A stretch of 60,150 bases of DNA, filler included, from Nemertoderma westbladi (Eukaryota; Animalia; Xenacoelomorpha): the NCBI GenBank assembly GCA_032718475.1. It is 4 parts of 4 records of this genome, joined end to end, with 100 filler letters (N's around TTAATTAATTAA, not from the genome) between each part and the next. Parts side by side here need not be neighbours in the genome. Positions count along the whole stretch, not along the records: positions 41,458 to 53,402 come from JAUCBJ010001689.1; positions 53,503 to 60,150 come from JAUCBJ010007183.1; 2 more parts are not named here. One strand, written 5' to 3'. Shown piece by piece: positions 46,664 through 60,150 of this stretch. Numbering within the stretch: the first letter of the stretch is position 1; the number at the start of each line of letters is the position of its first letter. A program made the translations under genes and the position numbers. The notes beneath the pieces were generated by a model. It ran no database searches. It saw nothing but the letters and a program-made list of their open reading frames with translations, and was not told the origin of the DNA.

Positions 46664-47672
46664 GGGGGACATCCATAAATGACGTCACGTTTTTTAAAGG
46701 CATTGTTGACCCCCTCCCCCCCTTTCGTCACAATTTGTCACGAAATGGCTACCCCCCCCCCCCCCCCCCCCCTCCCCAATGTCACGTCACACTATATAAA
46801 ATTAAATTATTACTCTTATATTATTAGAACAATAAATCTGGAATGAATTTGTCAACTATAAACTATAGCTATAAACCAACATTACAAATTACAGTAATAC
46901 GAGTATTTCAGACATGCTCCCATGGGTACGACAGGTGGTCTGTCATGCTTATAATGGCCATTGTTGAGACATCAGCTACTGGGTTTGCAGGGGATCGGCC
47001 TCCGCTTTGCAGGACATTGCTTTCGCCGTGAGGACCAGCCAGTGCATAATCTTGTACTTTGGCAGCCTCATGTAGTGAATAAGCATGGTGGACAGCCCAT
47101 GACATTCTTGAGACGCATCTTAAAGGACACTGGCCTTGAAGATGCGGATGATCTAGCAAATGTCATGGGTGATAGGGAGTTGTATCGGCGCAATTTTGTC
47201 GACAAGCCGGTACAGCATTCTTAAACATGCAGCTGCAATGCAGCATGCCGATCCTAGTAGTAGTCGCAGGGGATTGATAATCACAACGGGTTTTGGAACT
47301 ATCGCTACCATGAAGGGATGTAAGATTTTTAGTAAAACTTTCGATGCAAAGTAAATATACATTCTTTACAAACACGCTCTCTAATTTTACCAATTATGGA
47401 AGGGCAGTAGAGGTCGTAAGGTAAGATTTTAATGGTTATCATTGGAAGAGGTAATAGTTTAATAGTAAACACTTTAATAGTATACACGTTTTATAGTATA
47501 CAAGTATAAATACATGTTATGTATTTAATATGCAGTATTTTTATCGGAAACTTATAATGTGACGTCACGATATTGCGGACACCCCCCCTCCCCCTCGTCA
47601 CAAATCGTCACGAAATACCAAACCCCCTCCCCCCCCCCCTGTCCAGCGTGACATCATTTATGGATGGCCCCT
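46664..47672. mobile_element. MITE with 2-bp AT TSD (PIF/Harbinger-ISL2EU-related)
   Basis: TIR GGGGACATCCATAAATGACGTCACG versus revcomp GGGGCCATCCATAAATGATGTCACG. The empty paralogous site at 48121-48180 shows only AT duplicated. Confidence 0.85.
46985..47310 (+). mobile_element. 3' fragment of an RTE LINE inside the MITE
   Basis: LRFAGHCFRREDQPVHNLVLWQP, the same family as 55417-57560. Confidence 0.8.
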
Positions 47673-48212
47673 ATGTGTTATCTGGACTCCTCTTTGGAAC
47701 TTTTTGTAAAACTCAAAACATTCCAGAAATATCTAGTTACCTTGGTAACTGGAGTTTATTAAAGTCTACATCATTCAAGTCTAAGTTATTAACTCTATTT
47801 GTACCACAACCGTAATAGATCGAAACTTGGGGTTATTCAACGCAATGATAAAGTCAATAGTCGAACCGATTGAGGTTAATTAGAATATCCAATTACCAGG
47901 GCAACCAGGCTAAACAGATGTCCAAATTTATAAAGTGATAATTTGAAGCATAAGGTTAAGGTATAACGACTTGGGACCAAAACCTACCCTCACTATATCA
48001 CTCAATTTGAATACAATTAACATTGTTCTATTTCCCAGTTTCCATGACAACAGGATTTATTTCCAGTTTTCTCTTAAACAGGTGTTTTGACACAAAAATT
48101 GTTCTATTTTTAACATACTTCACGATAACAATCTCCGAAACTGGGTATGTGTTATCCGGACTCCTCTTTGGAACTTTTTGAAAAACTCAAAACTTCTAGA
48201 AATATCTTTGAT

Positions 48213-50463
48213 AGTTTTAAAGACGCGAGAAGCACCATACGAACTTAATGCTTCAAGTAACATTACGAGCATAGCGCAGGCACTACCGATATGGTTGAGG
48301 AATAAATGGAGGAAGATCGCTTTCTCCATTCGAGAAAAGAAGAGTGCGGAGCCAGGGTTGGAAGAGATGTCGAACTTCCTTAACTACGAAGCCGTGTTGA
48401 TAACGGATCCTGTATACAGCAAGGAGAGTCTGGGCAAGGTACCGAAAGCGGAATATAGCCGACCTAAACCAGAACACAGTGCTGCAGATGCACTTCCGAG
48501 AGTGAGGTAATCATTGCCATATGCAACCATCGAGGTCACTTCTAGTCCACAAAACAACCGTGGTGGCTATGGAGGAAACAATACCCCTGACGCGGGTATG
48601 TGCAACCAAAACAACAACCCATCCGACTCGGACCTGGACTAAATACACAAGACTATATACAGAGAGCGTTATAATCCAAACTATAGGTGCCAGCTACATA
48701 GAAAGCATGTGCATATATGGGAGCCGACGCATAAGACCATTGATTGCGACCAGTGGCAGGCACTGCTGAAAGATGATCGATTAGCCTATACAGGGAGATT
48801 AGGGTTATGCCACAGATGCGCGGTGGGAGGACATAAGAAGGATAGATTTCGAGAGAACCCACCAAAGTACACTGAGACTGATCGAACTGGAGGCCAGACG
48901 TTGGTGACGAGCACCATGGGAGCAAGGAGGAAGGGAACGGTACTACTCGGAGTAGTACCAGTGAAAATAATTGGAGAAAATGGGCTATCAGTTACAACAC
49001 TAATGTTGGTCGATAGTGGAGCAGCGTTCACGCTGACGGAGAGTTGGGTGGCCAAGAAGATAGGGTTGGAGACCAGGCCAAGTAAGATGGCGGTGACCAC
49101 GATATCAAGCAAAAATGAGGTCATGAAGATGATGACGGGACGGTGTGAAATTGGAGCAATAACACCAGGGTGCGACTATGGGGCTACCATTGAACCCAAA
49201 CAAATAATAGAGTCGATCAACATCAATGCCAGGCGACCTACAAATATCGAGATCGAACAGTACCGGTACCTGGACGCATCGAATTGCTCAGTACCCGAAC
49301 TAGATGTCCCGAAAGTGTCTCTCATAGTCGGCATGGACTGTACGACGGCCCATGAGAGGCTGCAAACCATCTTCGGTGATGATAAAGAGCGAAACCCAGT
49401 GGCCATTCTCACACCATTCGGATGGACGCTCAGTGGCCTAATACAGACGGGGATCCCGTTTAGCGTGTCCGAATCCTGAGGATGCATCCTGTCCAGTACC
49501 GTTGAGGACATAAAGCAGAAGCCAAAGGCGGGCGATGGGGAGGTCCCATATGGGAAGCAGCCCGAGCAGAAGCCAAAGATGGGAGATGGGGAGGTCCCAT
49601 ATGGGAAGCGGCCCGAGCAGAAGTCAAGGATGGGCGATGGGGAGTTCCCATATGAGGAGCGGCCTGGTGAAGGATATCAGGAGTCGGGGGCAAGTATGGA
49701 TCTGGATCCACATACAGTGGAAAGTGTGGAGGATGAGTCCAGAGAAATACCGTCGGTAGAGGAAACAGGATGAGAAGTAACAGCAAGGGAGTGGGCGGAG
49801 GAGAATGGGTTCGACGCACAGGACCTAGAGGCAATGGGAGGGAACACGGATGTTCCTGGCGAGTATTGGTATGAGGAAAGAGAAGAGTGGAAGGAGAGAT
49901 ATCCGGAGAGATGTCCGGAAGAGACGCTGGTCCAATTGAGAAGCATACCGATACTGAGGAGGTCGAATAAGAAGACAAGGTGGAACGGGAGAGGATGTAA
50001 GAAGGTTAATCCAAAGGGAGAGGAGCCGATCATGAAGGGTAATGGAGACAGGAAAGTTAGAGGAGACGTGTTGCACACGGGGCTGGCAGAGTGCGAGGGG
50101 GCATTAAATGGTAAGCCATTATGCGTACAGAAGGATGACCAAAGGCCATCGAGGGCTTTAACGCCGGCGCACATATTGTGGGGGAGGCTAGCAGATGTGG
50201 CATGTACCAGCGAGGATGAGATGAATTGCGGCATTCTACCGCCAACTGACGACAATATGAAGGGTGGCATTTTGCCACCAGGGGATGATGAGGAGTTCTG
50301 TGAGGTGGTGGAAAGACCCGATCTTAGGGTCGAGGAGAAGGGGAGGTCAGATCCAAGAGAGTTGGAATTGACAAGGAGAGCGGGGCAAAGAATAAGAGGA
50401 CCTACAGGGGGGCAGTGGGAGAGTTGCCTGCTAGAAGAATCGCCACCCTTCCCACAAAAATAA
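48213..50463 (+). mobile_element. BEL/Pao LTR-retrotransposon internal remnant (gag end, aspartic protease, integrase tail)
   Basis: LPIWLRNKWRK, TDPVYS, LCHRCAVGGH, VLLGVVPVKI..LVDSGAAFT, LIVGMD, TPFGWTLSG and ALTPAHILWGR. PPT-like AGGGGGGCAG near 50406. No RT or RNase H seen. Confidence 0.85.
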
Positions 50464-50692
50464 AATAATATAAAAAAATAGTACTTAGGAGTAGCTAGTT
50501 ATAATTACGTACATCCGATGGGTACAAATGTACAATACATACATAGTACACAACACATGTACTAACATATGGTACGAACGTACCAATGTACATAATATAA
50601 GTAGCTAGTTACAATTACGTACGTTTGATGGGTACAAAACTGTACAATAAATACGTGGTACATATGTACTAACGTATGGTACGACGTACCAA

Positions 50693-50888
50693 CATACATC
50701 ATTTACGCACTAACACCGGGTAAATGGGACCATACATACGCACTAACGCCGGGTCAATGGGACCATACATACGCACTAACGCCGGGTCAATGGGACCATA
50801 CATACTCACTAACACCGGGTCAATGGAACCATACATACGCCCTAATGCCTTGTCAATGGGACCATATGCCGGGTCAACGGGACCATAT
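50693..50888. repeat. 33-bp tandem repeat (about 5-6 copies)
   Basis: CATACATACGCACTAACGCCGGGTCAATGGGAC at 50731, 50764, 50797 and onward. Confidence 0.85.
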
Positions 50889-51711
50889 AGAGCCTAGTTG
50901 GAGTCATGATTGAGGGTTAACGCACACCCGGCAGTTTACTTTGAAAAGAAAATATATATCTATATTGCATTCCAACATTTTTGTTCGCATTATGTGATTA
51001 AAGGCACACGTTTGCGATGATGTTGTCCAGAATGTCACAACGTCACTTAATATAGATATGACTTCGTCTGAATACTCATTAAATCATTACACATAGAGAG
51101 GCGAAGTTAGTGTGATTCGAACGAACGACCTTCCATTCACAATCCAGCAACCCCTAATTTTTTTCAAATTTTAATAAAATGCTATGAAATTATGTATGCT
51201 GACAAAATTTCGAAATTTGGTGAACATTTGGTTAAAATTCAACCCGTGTTTTGTTATAACTTTACTCGTGACGTATCCCTATAAAGTGCTATTTTATGAA
51301 GAATAACTATTTCATAATTATTGTAATCAATAACATTGCGAAAATAATAAGTTTACATCATTGTGTGAAAAGTATAGCACTTTACAGAGTTATGACCCGA
51401 GTGTATATATGTACTGAGCGACCGCGGCGAGGGAGTTGTACATAAATATACAAAGGTTATAAATGAAGAATAGTGCACCTTTCATACAATCCATATATAT
51501 GTAATGTTGCGGTTGGACGTCGAGTGTGGCGTGGGCATATTATACGATAGGTTCTTGCCAATTACATTTAGAAAATGTTTTATGCGCATTTCGCACGTGC
51601 CGGTGTCCTCAGCGGATTATATTTATCATTTAAATAAACAAAGTAAAATAAATTTAAAAGCAATAATTTACAAATAAAACAACATTAGTCTGAATATTCC
51701 AGTATTGCCTA

Positions 51712-52628
51712 TTAACTAAAGAAAAGGAAGATTAGGGTTAAATTGACTATTGGCAAGGCAGAATGGCTGAAGCTAAAAAAGCCAAGGCAGTTTTCGTTTC
51801 GGCACAAAGGCTTTGAAGGGTCCAGCCAGGGCGCATTTCTACCTAGTATCCTTAAATGGTAGTTAAATGAGTATTGGAGTTTCCTCTGGGGAGTAAAGTT
51901 CTGGGGGGACCGCACTGGAAATAAGTCGTCAGACGTTGTGCGTAATCCCTGGCATAACGACCAAAGAAATGTACTTTTACTTTACCGGTAGCAGGTTAAG
52001 TTGGGTATCTGGGGAGCGCGTGCGTTGTTCTTGGTACCTGAGGCTTAATTTGCCTTAGTGGGGGGAAGGGAGGGGTCCGGGATGGTGTTTTTCGTAGGGT
52101 GATCGCATTATGGTAGCTGCATCGCAGGGGTGGCTTTATTAAGGTAGTGTGTAAGTTAATAAGTACAGACTCGGTATTAATGCGCCGGTACTAGTATCGG
52201 AACTGCTTAATGCAAGTGATAGTTAGGTCCTCTAGGGGGCAGGTGTCAAAGTGCTATAGTAAGCGTATCTCCGGGTCAGCGGGTTTGTCGCATCTGATGT
52301 GAACTGCCGTAACTATAGAATATTATACCATTATTAACAGTTAGAAGTAAATTATTAAGTACACAGGGTTCAGATATTACAGAAATTGCCGAAATACTAA
52401 TTACAAATAAAAATTGCCGCTAAATAAAATAAAAACTTTTACAAAAGTCAGGGGATTCCGCAAGCAGATGGTGAAGGTGCAAGAAGGTGAGGAAAGTGAC
52501 AAAACAACCCCTTATATAGCCAGACATTATGCAAATCGGGATCCGAACGTCTGAATGTTGATTGTCCGTAGCTCGTCACTGATTGGTCGGAACTACTGGT
52601 TGGTCAAACAGTCACGTTTCGATCCTAT
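51712..52628 (-). mobile_element. Possible decayed Penelope-like element 5' region (promoter, intron, degenerate ORF start)
   Basis: Minus strand: GGATCGAAACGTG (right half of a hammerhead), CCAAC and CCAAT boxes, ATTTGCAT octamer, TATATAA, a short exon, a GT..AG intron (about 52442-52313), then a stop-interrupted coding-like stretch. Confidence 0.4.
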
Positions 52629-53402
52629 TACACATATGAACAGGTGAGGGCTGAGGTCAGTAACATAGTGACACGTATCAGCGTGTGGCAAACCAAACGA
52701 GACCTAACTGGACAAACCCGCACGAGATAATTCACAGTAATGTTTAGGTAGTTGATATGGGTGTTGGAAGACTCAGTGTTGAATTGTATATAGGTTATTA
52801 GTTTTTTCTGTACAACAGTTGGCAAGCTGTGTTTAAGTTAAGTGTGAGGGTATCAATTTTTTGACTAGTGAGTTGTTGGTCGTAATTAGAAAGCAAAATC
52901 CATCCATGCACGACACACTCAAAAGTTATTTCAAGTGCAACTTAGTGTTTACAAGACGTATTCCAAAGCAGCACTCAATATCCAATATTTGTTTAAGAAA
53001 AAGTTGAGTTGCTCTGTCTCTCTCTACCTGCTAAATATGCCAGAACAATAAATTACAGTACAGTATTTAACATTGAGTAAGGCAGCGAGGTAAGTAAGGC
53101 AGAGTTGAAGAGTACAATAATTGGAATCGCTGCAACTATGGAAGCAATATAAGTAAGTAGTAATAAACTGTAGATCAATTTCTTTTGTAACACTAATTAC
53201 TCTCATTCTATTTCTATCTTGTATTAAAGATTTAAGCAACAATACAGTAGAACTTTTTTCAGTATTCACGTGGTGGTATTTTATTTACCGCACCAGAACT
53301 CGAAGGTTGTTAATAAAGGGTCGAGAGAATATTGAAAAAAAATGTTCTACGTTTTTTCCCACGTAAATCGTAGTTTTATTCTTAAATTGGTACTTTTTTG
53401 TT

Positions 53403-53502
53403 NNNNNNNNNNNNNNNNNNNNNNNNNNNNNNNNNNNNNNNNNNNNTTAATTAATTAANNNNNNNNNNNNNNNNNNNNNNNNNNNNNNNNNNNNNNNNNN
53501 NN
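53403..53502. other. Artificial contig-joining spacer
   Basis: 44 N + TTAATTAATTAA + 44 N. Confidence 0.95.
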
Positions 53503-53989
53503 TGAGGATTGAGTCGGTTTGGTTTGATAATAGCTATGCTTTCTATAATTTAGCCTACTAATGTTCTTATAAAAAGGCAGAAAACATTTCGCTATCTCAA
53601 AACGGTCTTAAAACTCTGATAATAAAGTCTCAAAATCATAACAAAAAGTCCCGTGACTTTAGCTCTCTTATTTTCCAAGAATCCCGTTCAACACATGTAA
53701 TCAGCAGTGAGACAGGATAATTTCAGTTCAGTAGCTCGGGATTGGTCGAAATCAGAACTAACTCAACGCAGGGCTATGGGTAACTGGGGCAACCTTCCCA
53801 AGCCGGCTGGCCAATCGAACAGCTCAGATCCCTCCTAAAGGATTCCAACGCCTTGGAGGGGGGAACTGGTTAGCAAAGAAAACAAATCAGTCATATCCCA
53901 GAAAAACCTTTACAGTAGGTTTCAGAGTATTTTAGCGTATGGGGGAAAAACTGGGTTGCGGGGCGAAGGGCCAGTTACATCCCACAGAA

Positions 53990-55416
53990 GCTTTTACACT
54001 GGTTCAAGTCCTACCTGTCAGACAGAGGTCAAACTGTAGTCATTAGCAAATCGCAGTCTACTGTACAAGAGATTACCTGTGGTGTACCGCAAGGTAGTAT
54101 ATTAGGTCCTCTGCTTTTTGTATGCTATGTAAATGATATGATAAGTAGTATAGATCCCGATTTTAAACTCATTTTATATGCCTCGACAGTGCTCTTATTT
54201 TCTCTCATAAAGATCCTATCCATATTTCCCAAAAGTTAAGTGCAGTTCTAGAATCCTGTAGTGAGTGGTTGGTTGATAATAAGCTATCCATTCACTACGG
54301 TAAGACTGAAAGTATTTTGTTTGGTTCCAAAAGAAAGTTAAAGAAGGTAACTAAGTTTGAAGTCACTAGTAATGGACATGCGATTGAAAATAAAAAGGAA
54401 GTTAAATATTTAGGCACCACATTGGATAACTGCTTATCAGGAGAAAGTACAGTGAAAAATATTTTGCTTATCAGGAGAAAGTACAGTGAAAAATATTTTC
54501 TCGAAAGTTAACAGTAGGCTTAGGTTTCTATACAGAAATAAAAATAGTTTGAACACCGACTCCCGCAAGTTACTTTGCTCTTCTTTAATACAGTGTCACA
54601 TGGACTATGCTTGCTCTTCTTGGTATGAAGGCTTAACCAAACAGCTTAAATGTAAATTACAAGTAGCTCAGAATAAAGTAGTACGATTTATTAAAGACTA
54701 CAAACCTAGGCACCACCTAACTCCAGATGACTTTTCTGAATCTGGACTACTTAACTTAGATACTAGAGTTAAGCAGCTACGCCTTAACCATGTGCATAAA
54801 GTGTATAATGGTAAATGTCCCAATTACCTAAAACAAAAATTCAACAGAGTACGCGATACACACTCTTACAGTACCAGAGCTAGTGCTTCAAACTTCTACC
54901 TCCCGAATTGTAAATCCTTTGAATCTGATACTTTCTTTTTTAACGGCATTCAAAATTGGAACGCTCTGCCTAATGAAATTAAAAACCTAGATAATCAACA
55001 TTCTTTTAAATCTGCAGTTAAATCTCACCTCCGTGTGCAATGTAAAATAGGTACAAATAGTCCTACAGTAAGTTATTAGTTTATTAATTATTTACTATTT
55101 ATACTGTAAATACGTTTTATATTAAATTGTTCTGTACATTACATCTTTATCGTTGAGTAGGACATTGTCACGCTCTAGGTAAAGTTGTACATGTACATAG
55201 TGTAATTACGTTTTATTTTGGTTTTAGGTTAGCGTAGTGTAATATTGTATTTGTAACCAAGTAACATAAAGGACCCCCTTGGAAATAAGCTGCAAAGCTT
55301 TAGGATTAATCCTATATGTTATGTTGGACAATACCTTTATACCGGTACATTGTTTGGTGTATTTGTTATTGTTTTTACATAATGTATAAATAAATCTATC
55401 TATCTATCTATATCTA
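53990..55416 (+). mobile_element. 5'-truncated L2/CR1-group LINE (RT C-terminal half) with a (TCTA)n tail
   Basis: WFKSYLSDR, GVPQGSILGPLLF, KTESILFG, KYLG and LIQCHMDYACSSW. An internal duplication of about 35 bp near 54430-54500 shifts the frame. AATAAA plus (TCTA)n end. Confidence 0.9.
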
Positions 55417-57560
55417 ACTGGAAAGCTATGTACTCATAGTGGACCCAGTGGTCACAAGTCCCAGATAGATCATATTCTGTTTCGTAGGAAATACAGGAGC
55501 TCCATACAAGACTGTAATGCATTTACACTTTGATCCTTCTCCAGTGATCACCGCCTATTTGTGTCCAAGGTAAGAGGTAGTCTGCGTGCTAGCAGAACAA
55601 CGAAATCTGCTGTGCCGCAGCATGACTGGTCCTCTCTGTTGCAACAGACAAGTGTGAGATCCAGCTTCACACTACAGCTGAGCACAGGTATGAGGTTCTT
55701 GCCTCTGAGGCGGCAGATCACTGCGAGGGCTATACTGCCTTCACAGAAGCAGTTAAGTTAGCAGCTGCAGAAACAGTTCCTGTATACCCTCGAAACAGGG
55801 AAAAGGGCCCCCTGGACTGACCGCAAAATTCAGAAGCACCGAAATGACCTCTATATGGCGCAAAACGAGTCCCGACTCAAACAGACTACAGCGGCCAAAA
55901 ATGCAGTTAAGGCGGCATCTAGGTCCCTGAACAGGCAGTACTCTGTTAATCAACAGGAGCTACTAAATCAACATGTTGATGCCATCAATGATGCTGATGA
56001 CAGCAGGCTTGCTTACTGGGTGGAAAAGCCAATCAACCACCAAGGTTAAGGCAGAATCACCAGCCGATCGCCTCAATGGTTGGAATGCCCAATTTGAAGA
56101 GCTCCTCAATAATGACATGGTGTTGCCTGATAACTTTATAGAAGAAAAAGTGTCTGAGTCTGTACTCCCAGATATTCCCATTGGCGATATCTCCTTTGCA
56201 GAAGTGAAGGCTGCTGCGAAGAGCATAAAGACCAATCGTACCAGTGGAGTAGATGGTGTTCCCCCTGAGGTCTTTAAAATACCTGAGTGTTTAAAGCTCA
56301 TCTATCCCATCATAGTAGACATGTACAGAACAACAAGAGTCCCACAAGGAATGAAAACAAATAATTTGGTGCCAGTTCCCAAGAAGGGCAACCTAGCACT
56401 CTATGGTTCTTTTCGGAGAATCTCATTGATCTCGATTGTTGCAAAGCTATACAATAGAATTCTATGAAATCGCATCAGGGATCCTATTGAGAGACTGCTC
56501 CATGGAAATCAGAATGGGTTCTGTGAAGGTCATGGGACTATGGAGCCCATTTTGGCACTTAGAAGAATAATTGAAGAGTTATCAAAAAAGAAAGACAGGC
56601 ATCTGGCTGTTATATTTGTTGACTTCTTCAAGGCCTTTGATTCAGTCTCTCGCTCACGTATGTTCAGCATACTTTCATTACATGGGATTCCTGATGAAAT
56701 TATTGCAGCAATCGGATCAGTATACAATGGTTCGACAACATTTGTGTCTACTGTTGATGGTGACACAGAACCATTTGAAGTATTATGGGGAGTCCTCCAA
56801 GGAGACACACTTGCGCCATTCTTGTTCATAATTGTGGTTGACTATGTTCTACGCATGTCCTTAGATCATCATAATGATGATGGGGTGATGGTAACTCCAC
56901 CTACTGGCTCCAGAAGTCGAGGAAATCCTGCCAAGTATCTAACTGATCTAGACTTTGCTGATGACTTAGGAGTACTCTCAGAATCACTAGAGGGAGCCCA
57001 ACGGCTCCTCAGCTCATTAGAACAGGCTGCTTCTAGTGTTTGTCTTTTTGTTAACTCCAAAAAGACCAAAATTTTGACAGTTAACTTTGAAAGATGTGGA
57101 CAACTTCTGTTACTTGGGATCATGGATCCGGAAGTCAGGTGAGGACCTTCAAATACGTAAGGGAAAGGCATGGGCAGCCTTGAATAGGCTTTCCAGGATT
57201 TTGAACTCACAGATATAATTAATCGGAAACTTAAGGTCTGATTATTTAGAGCAGCAGTACTGTTCCAGTACTCTTCTATGGGAGTATATGCTGGGCTCTA
57301 ACTGCTGAGGACACCAAATCACTGGATGGCACATTTACAAGAATGCTACGCCGGGTTCATTGTGTCATGTACAATGCACACATCTCCAACCAGACACTAT
57401 ATAACATTGGAGGTGTCTCATTGGTTCGCCCCAGCTTGACACTAGAACAAAGTCGCCTCCACTTTGCAGGACATTGCTTTCGCCGTGACGACCAGCCAAT
57501 GCATAATCTTGTGCTTTGGCATCCTCATGGAGTGAATAAGCATGGTGGACATTAAAGGCA
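55417..57560 (+). mobile_element. RTE-clade LINE (end of APE endonuclease plus RT), pseudogenised
   Basis: SQIDHIL..SDH, PVPKKGNL..RRISL, FVDFFKAFDS, GVLQGDTLAPFLF, DLDFADD and RLHFAGHC, with several stops and frameshifts. Confidence 0.9.
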
Positions 57561-58546
57561 TTTAATCTCGAGACAAAACATACAGCCACAACTGTTAGAT
57601 TTGGTACAAAATCCGCTGCAATGCATTCAATTTATGTGCTAAAACTAATCATTAAGCCTCTATGATTTGTTATGCCTTGTTTCGATATTGTCTTTAATGT
57701 CAAGCAAAAACAAAGAACTTGAAAAAGTGTTTTGGAAGAAACAAATTCTACCCCCACTAAATCGAAATCGCGGTTTTATTGAGTCCAAAATCGAGGCATC
57801 CAAGAGAAGTGTCTGGACGGCAATCACTAAATTTGTGTGCTGCTGGTGTTATAATGAATTTCATTCTTTTGAATTTTTCTGCCCCCTAGTATCATACCCC
57901 CCCCCCCCTTTGCTCAAATTTTCAAATTGTTGTTTCTTCATTTTAGTCTGGAGCAAAATTTAATGGAGATTACAACTCTGAAAACCGCTTAGTGAGACCT
58001 CTTTCAGTTCTCGAGTTATAACTGCTTTTCCGTATGTATGTCGGTCTGCCCGTCAAATTGTAAGAATGACATAAGACCGACAGACAGATAGACAGACTAG
58101 ATTCCACCAAACATTACAACTGACATCGGAAATAGAATCAGCGACCCCAAAAACCCCCGTAATAAAAGTTTTATCTCGTTTGAGTGCATTCTTCGTTCCA
58201 GAAATAATTAACCAACCAGAACACAGACAGCCAATTATGGTGGAATGGTTTATACTTTGAAGGGCATTTTCTCGGAATGACATTTTTCATTTTCAAATTA
58301 ATACTCCTCCGTCATTTTTCAACCAATTTTCTTCGTTTTTGGCTCATTCGAACGAGATTTGGAAGCTCTTTAAAAGTATCTTATGGAATTTTGATAAATA
58401 TTACAATTTTTTCTAATTAGCCAATTTTAATTAAATGATAATTAATTAATTAAATTAATTAATTAAAATAAAAAATGTCTCATTAAAAATTATATAAGAT
58501 AACTTTTGTAGAGTCGATGACGCTGAGTCCAAAAAAGTTTGTTTAA

Positions 58547-59954
58547 CCCTATTAGTACCGGGCTATAAAATGTTGTACAAATACCGGGGGGGGGGGGGGG
58601 GGGGGGGGTCATATTGACCTATCCCTCTAAAATCTACAAATTTTAACAAAAAATCCTGATTTTATTATTTGTACGTAGATCTCACTAGTCCGAATCCGAC
58701 CGAAACAATAAAATTTTGAAAAAAAGTACTGGGGTGGTTATTTTGCTGCACCAAAATTACAAGTAGTGAACAATTTTCATAAAATTTGAAAGTTATAATT
58801 TTCGGCTCATTGTTTTTCAATACAGGTTTTCTGGGGCGAAAATCCATTGGAAAGTGTTAAAAATGATCTGATTACTATAAATGGCTGTTTTAGTACTCTA
58901 CTTAGGCATAAAATGAAAAATACAAGTAACCAGCACTTTTCAGTTTGAACACAAATTTTTTAATTCAATTATACGATGCTATATATTCACATTTTTAGGT
59001 TTTCAGAGGCGCTGATTCTAATGGAATACATTTTTAATTTGCCAGATCATTGCTAATTGTATTTTTCGGTGTAATATGGCAAATTTTGGTGCTAGCACCA
59101 AATTTCGTACCCATTACCAAAAAGTACAAATTTGAGATGTCCAGTGCGGTTTTTATTGATTCCATCGGATTCAGAACCCCCATAAACCCGTATAACGCAA
59201 GAAACAAGGTGATATAATCAATTGATAAATTTGGTGGTTTTCAAAATTTGGTGATAGCGCCAATTTTTCACCCACTACCGAAAAGTACAAGTTTGAGATG
59301 TCTAGTTAAATAATTATTTATTTCATTGAATTCCGAACATATAATATATAAACCTATAAAACGCGAGAAATAAGTTGTAATAATCAATTTAACTATTGAA
59401 TGGATTTTCAAAATTTCGTGCTGGCACCAAATTTTGCACACCGCGCCGAAAAATACAAGTTTGATACTCCTGGTGCAACTCGTATATATTCCATCGAAAT
59501 CAGAACCCTAAAACCCCCTATTGAGCAAAAAACAGGTTCAAACAATCAATTTACAAATTAGACATATTTCAAAATTTGGTGCTGGCGCCAAAATTGGCTC
59601 CCGCCAAAAAAAAATAAGTTTGAAATTTGTAAATTTATTTAGATGAATTCCATCTAATTGCAAACGCCAAAAAACCGGTGTAAATCAAAAATAGAGATCT
59701 TACAAATCATATTTAAATGAAATGTAATTTTCAAAAAACGCCTAAAAAAAAGTGCCAAAAGTAGGGTTAAAAAATGGTGCTATAATTAGAAAACTACCCA
59801 ATATTTTGAAAACCGTTTTCACTATTAGGAAGGCAATACATTTTTAGGAAAAGTCACAAAATTTCAGATTCCCCACTGCGTTTGTTTCAGAGTTATAACA
59901 AAAAAACACGGGGGGGGGTCATACTGACCCCCCCCCCCCCCGGGTTTAATAGGG
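58547..59954. mobile_element. piggyBac-type non-autonomous element with internal degenerate tandem units of about 165 bp
   Basis: TTAA TSDs and CCCTATTA..TAATAGGG termini. GGTGCTAGCACCAAATT-like motif near 59088, 59250, 59418 and 59578. Confidence 0.88.
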
Positions 59955-60150
59955 TTAAAGAAATTTGGACCAAGATTGAGGGACTAGTAACATTTTTAGT
60001 GAAATCTTTAATTCCGCCTCCAGCCACTTCGCGTAGTGGCGGTACGGCTAATGTCGCGTTGCGGAGAGTCGCGTTACGGCTAATTTTCAGAGTAGCCGTA
60101 ACCCGACTTTGAAAGTCGCGGTACGGCTACTCAAAATGTCGCGTTACGGA

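Noticed and set aside
55440-55470. Twister-like GGTCACAAGTCCC word
   Set aside because: It lies in frame in the RTE endonuclease (GHKSQIDHIL), and no twister pairings were found.

Overview
This is repeat-rich animal (invertebrate-type) genomic DNA. It is four pieces joined by three identical artificial 100-bp spacers (44 N + TTAATTAATTAA + 44 N), so adjacency across the spacers is not evidence of linkage. Three partial host genes are present: the first two coding exons of AP-2 complex alpha-adaptin (minus), three exons of prohormone convertase PC2 (minus), and three exons of a secreted ZP-domain protein (plus, divergent from PC2). The rest is mostly nested transposons. These include an LTR retrotransposon in an AP2A intron, hAT inside hAT, a Harbinger-type MITE > Tc1/IS630-like element > Kolobok-like foldback nest, MuDR-type and piggyBac-type non-autonomous elements, a Helentron-like element, and remnants of CRE, RTE, L2/CR1, BEL/Pao and Penelope-like retroelements. 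The most striking observations are (1) a tRNA-derived Pol III head fused directly to an intact minimal type I hammerhead ribozyme, carried in the loop of a TTAA-flanked foldback element; (2) a Tc1-like element with a second, non-transposase ORF; (3) nine co-oriented CTCF-like motifs at about 146-bp spacing; and (4) a roughly 17-bp motif shared by many unrelated elements and a candidate AP2A 5' exon. All family assignments are by-eye motif recognition, not database hits.
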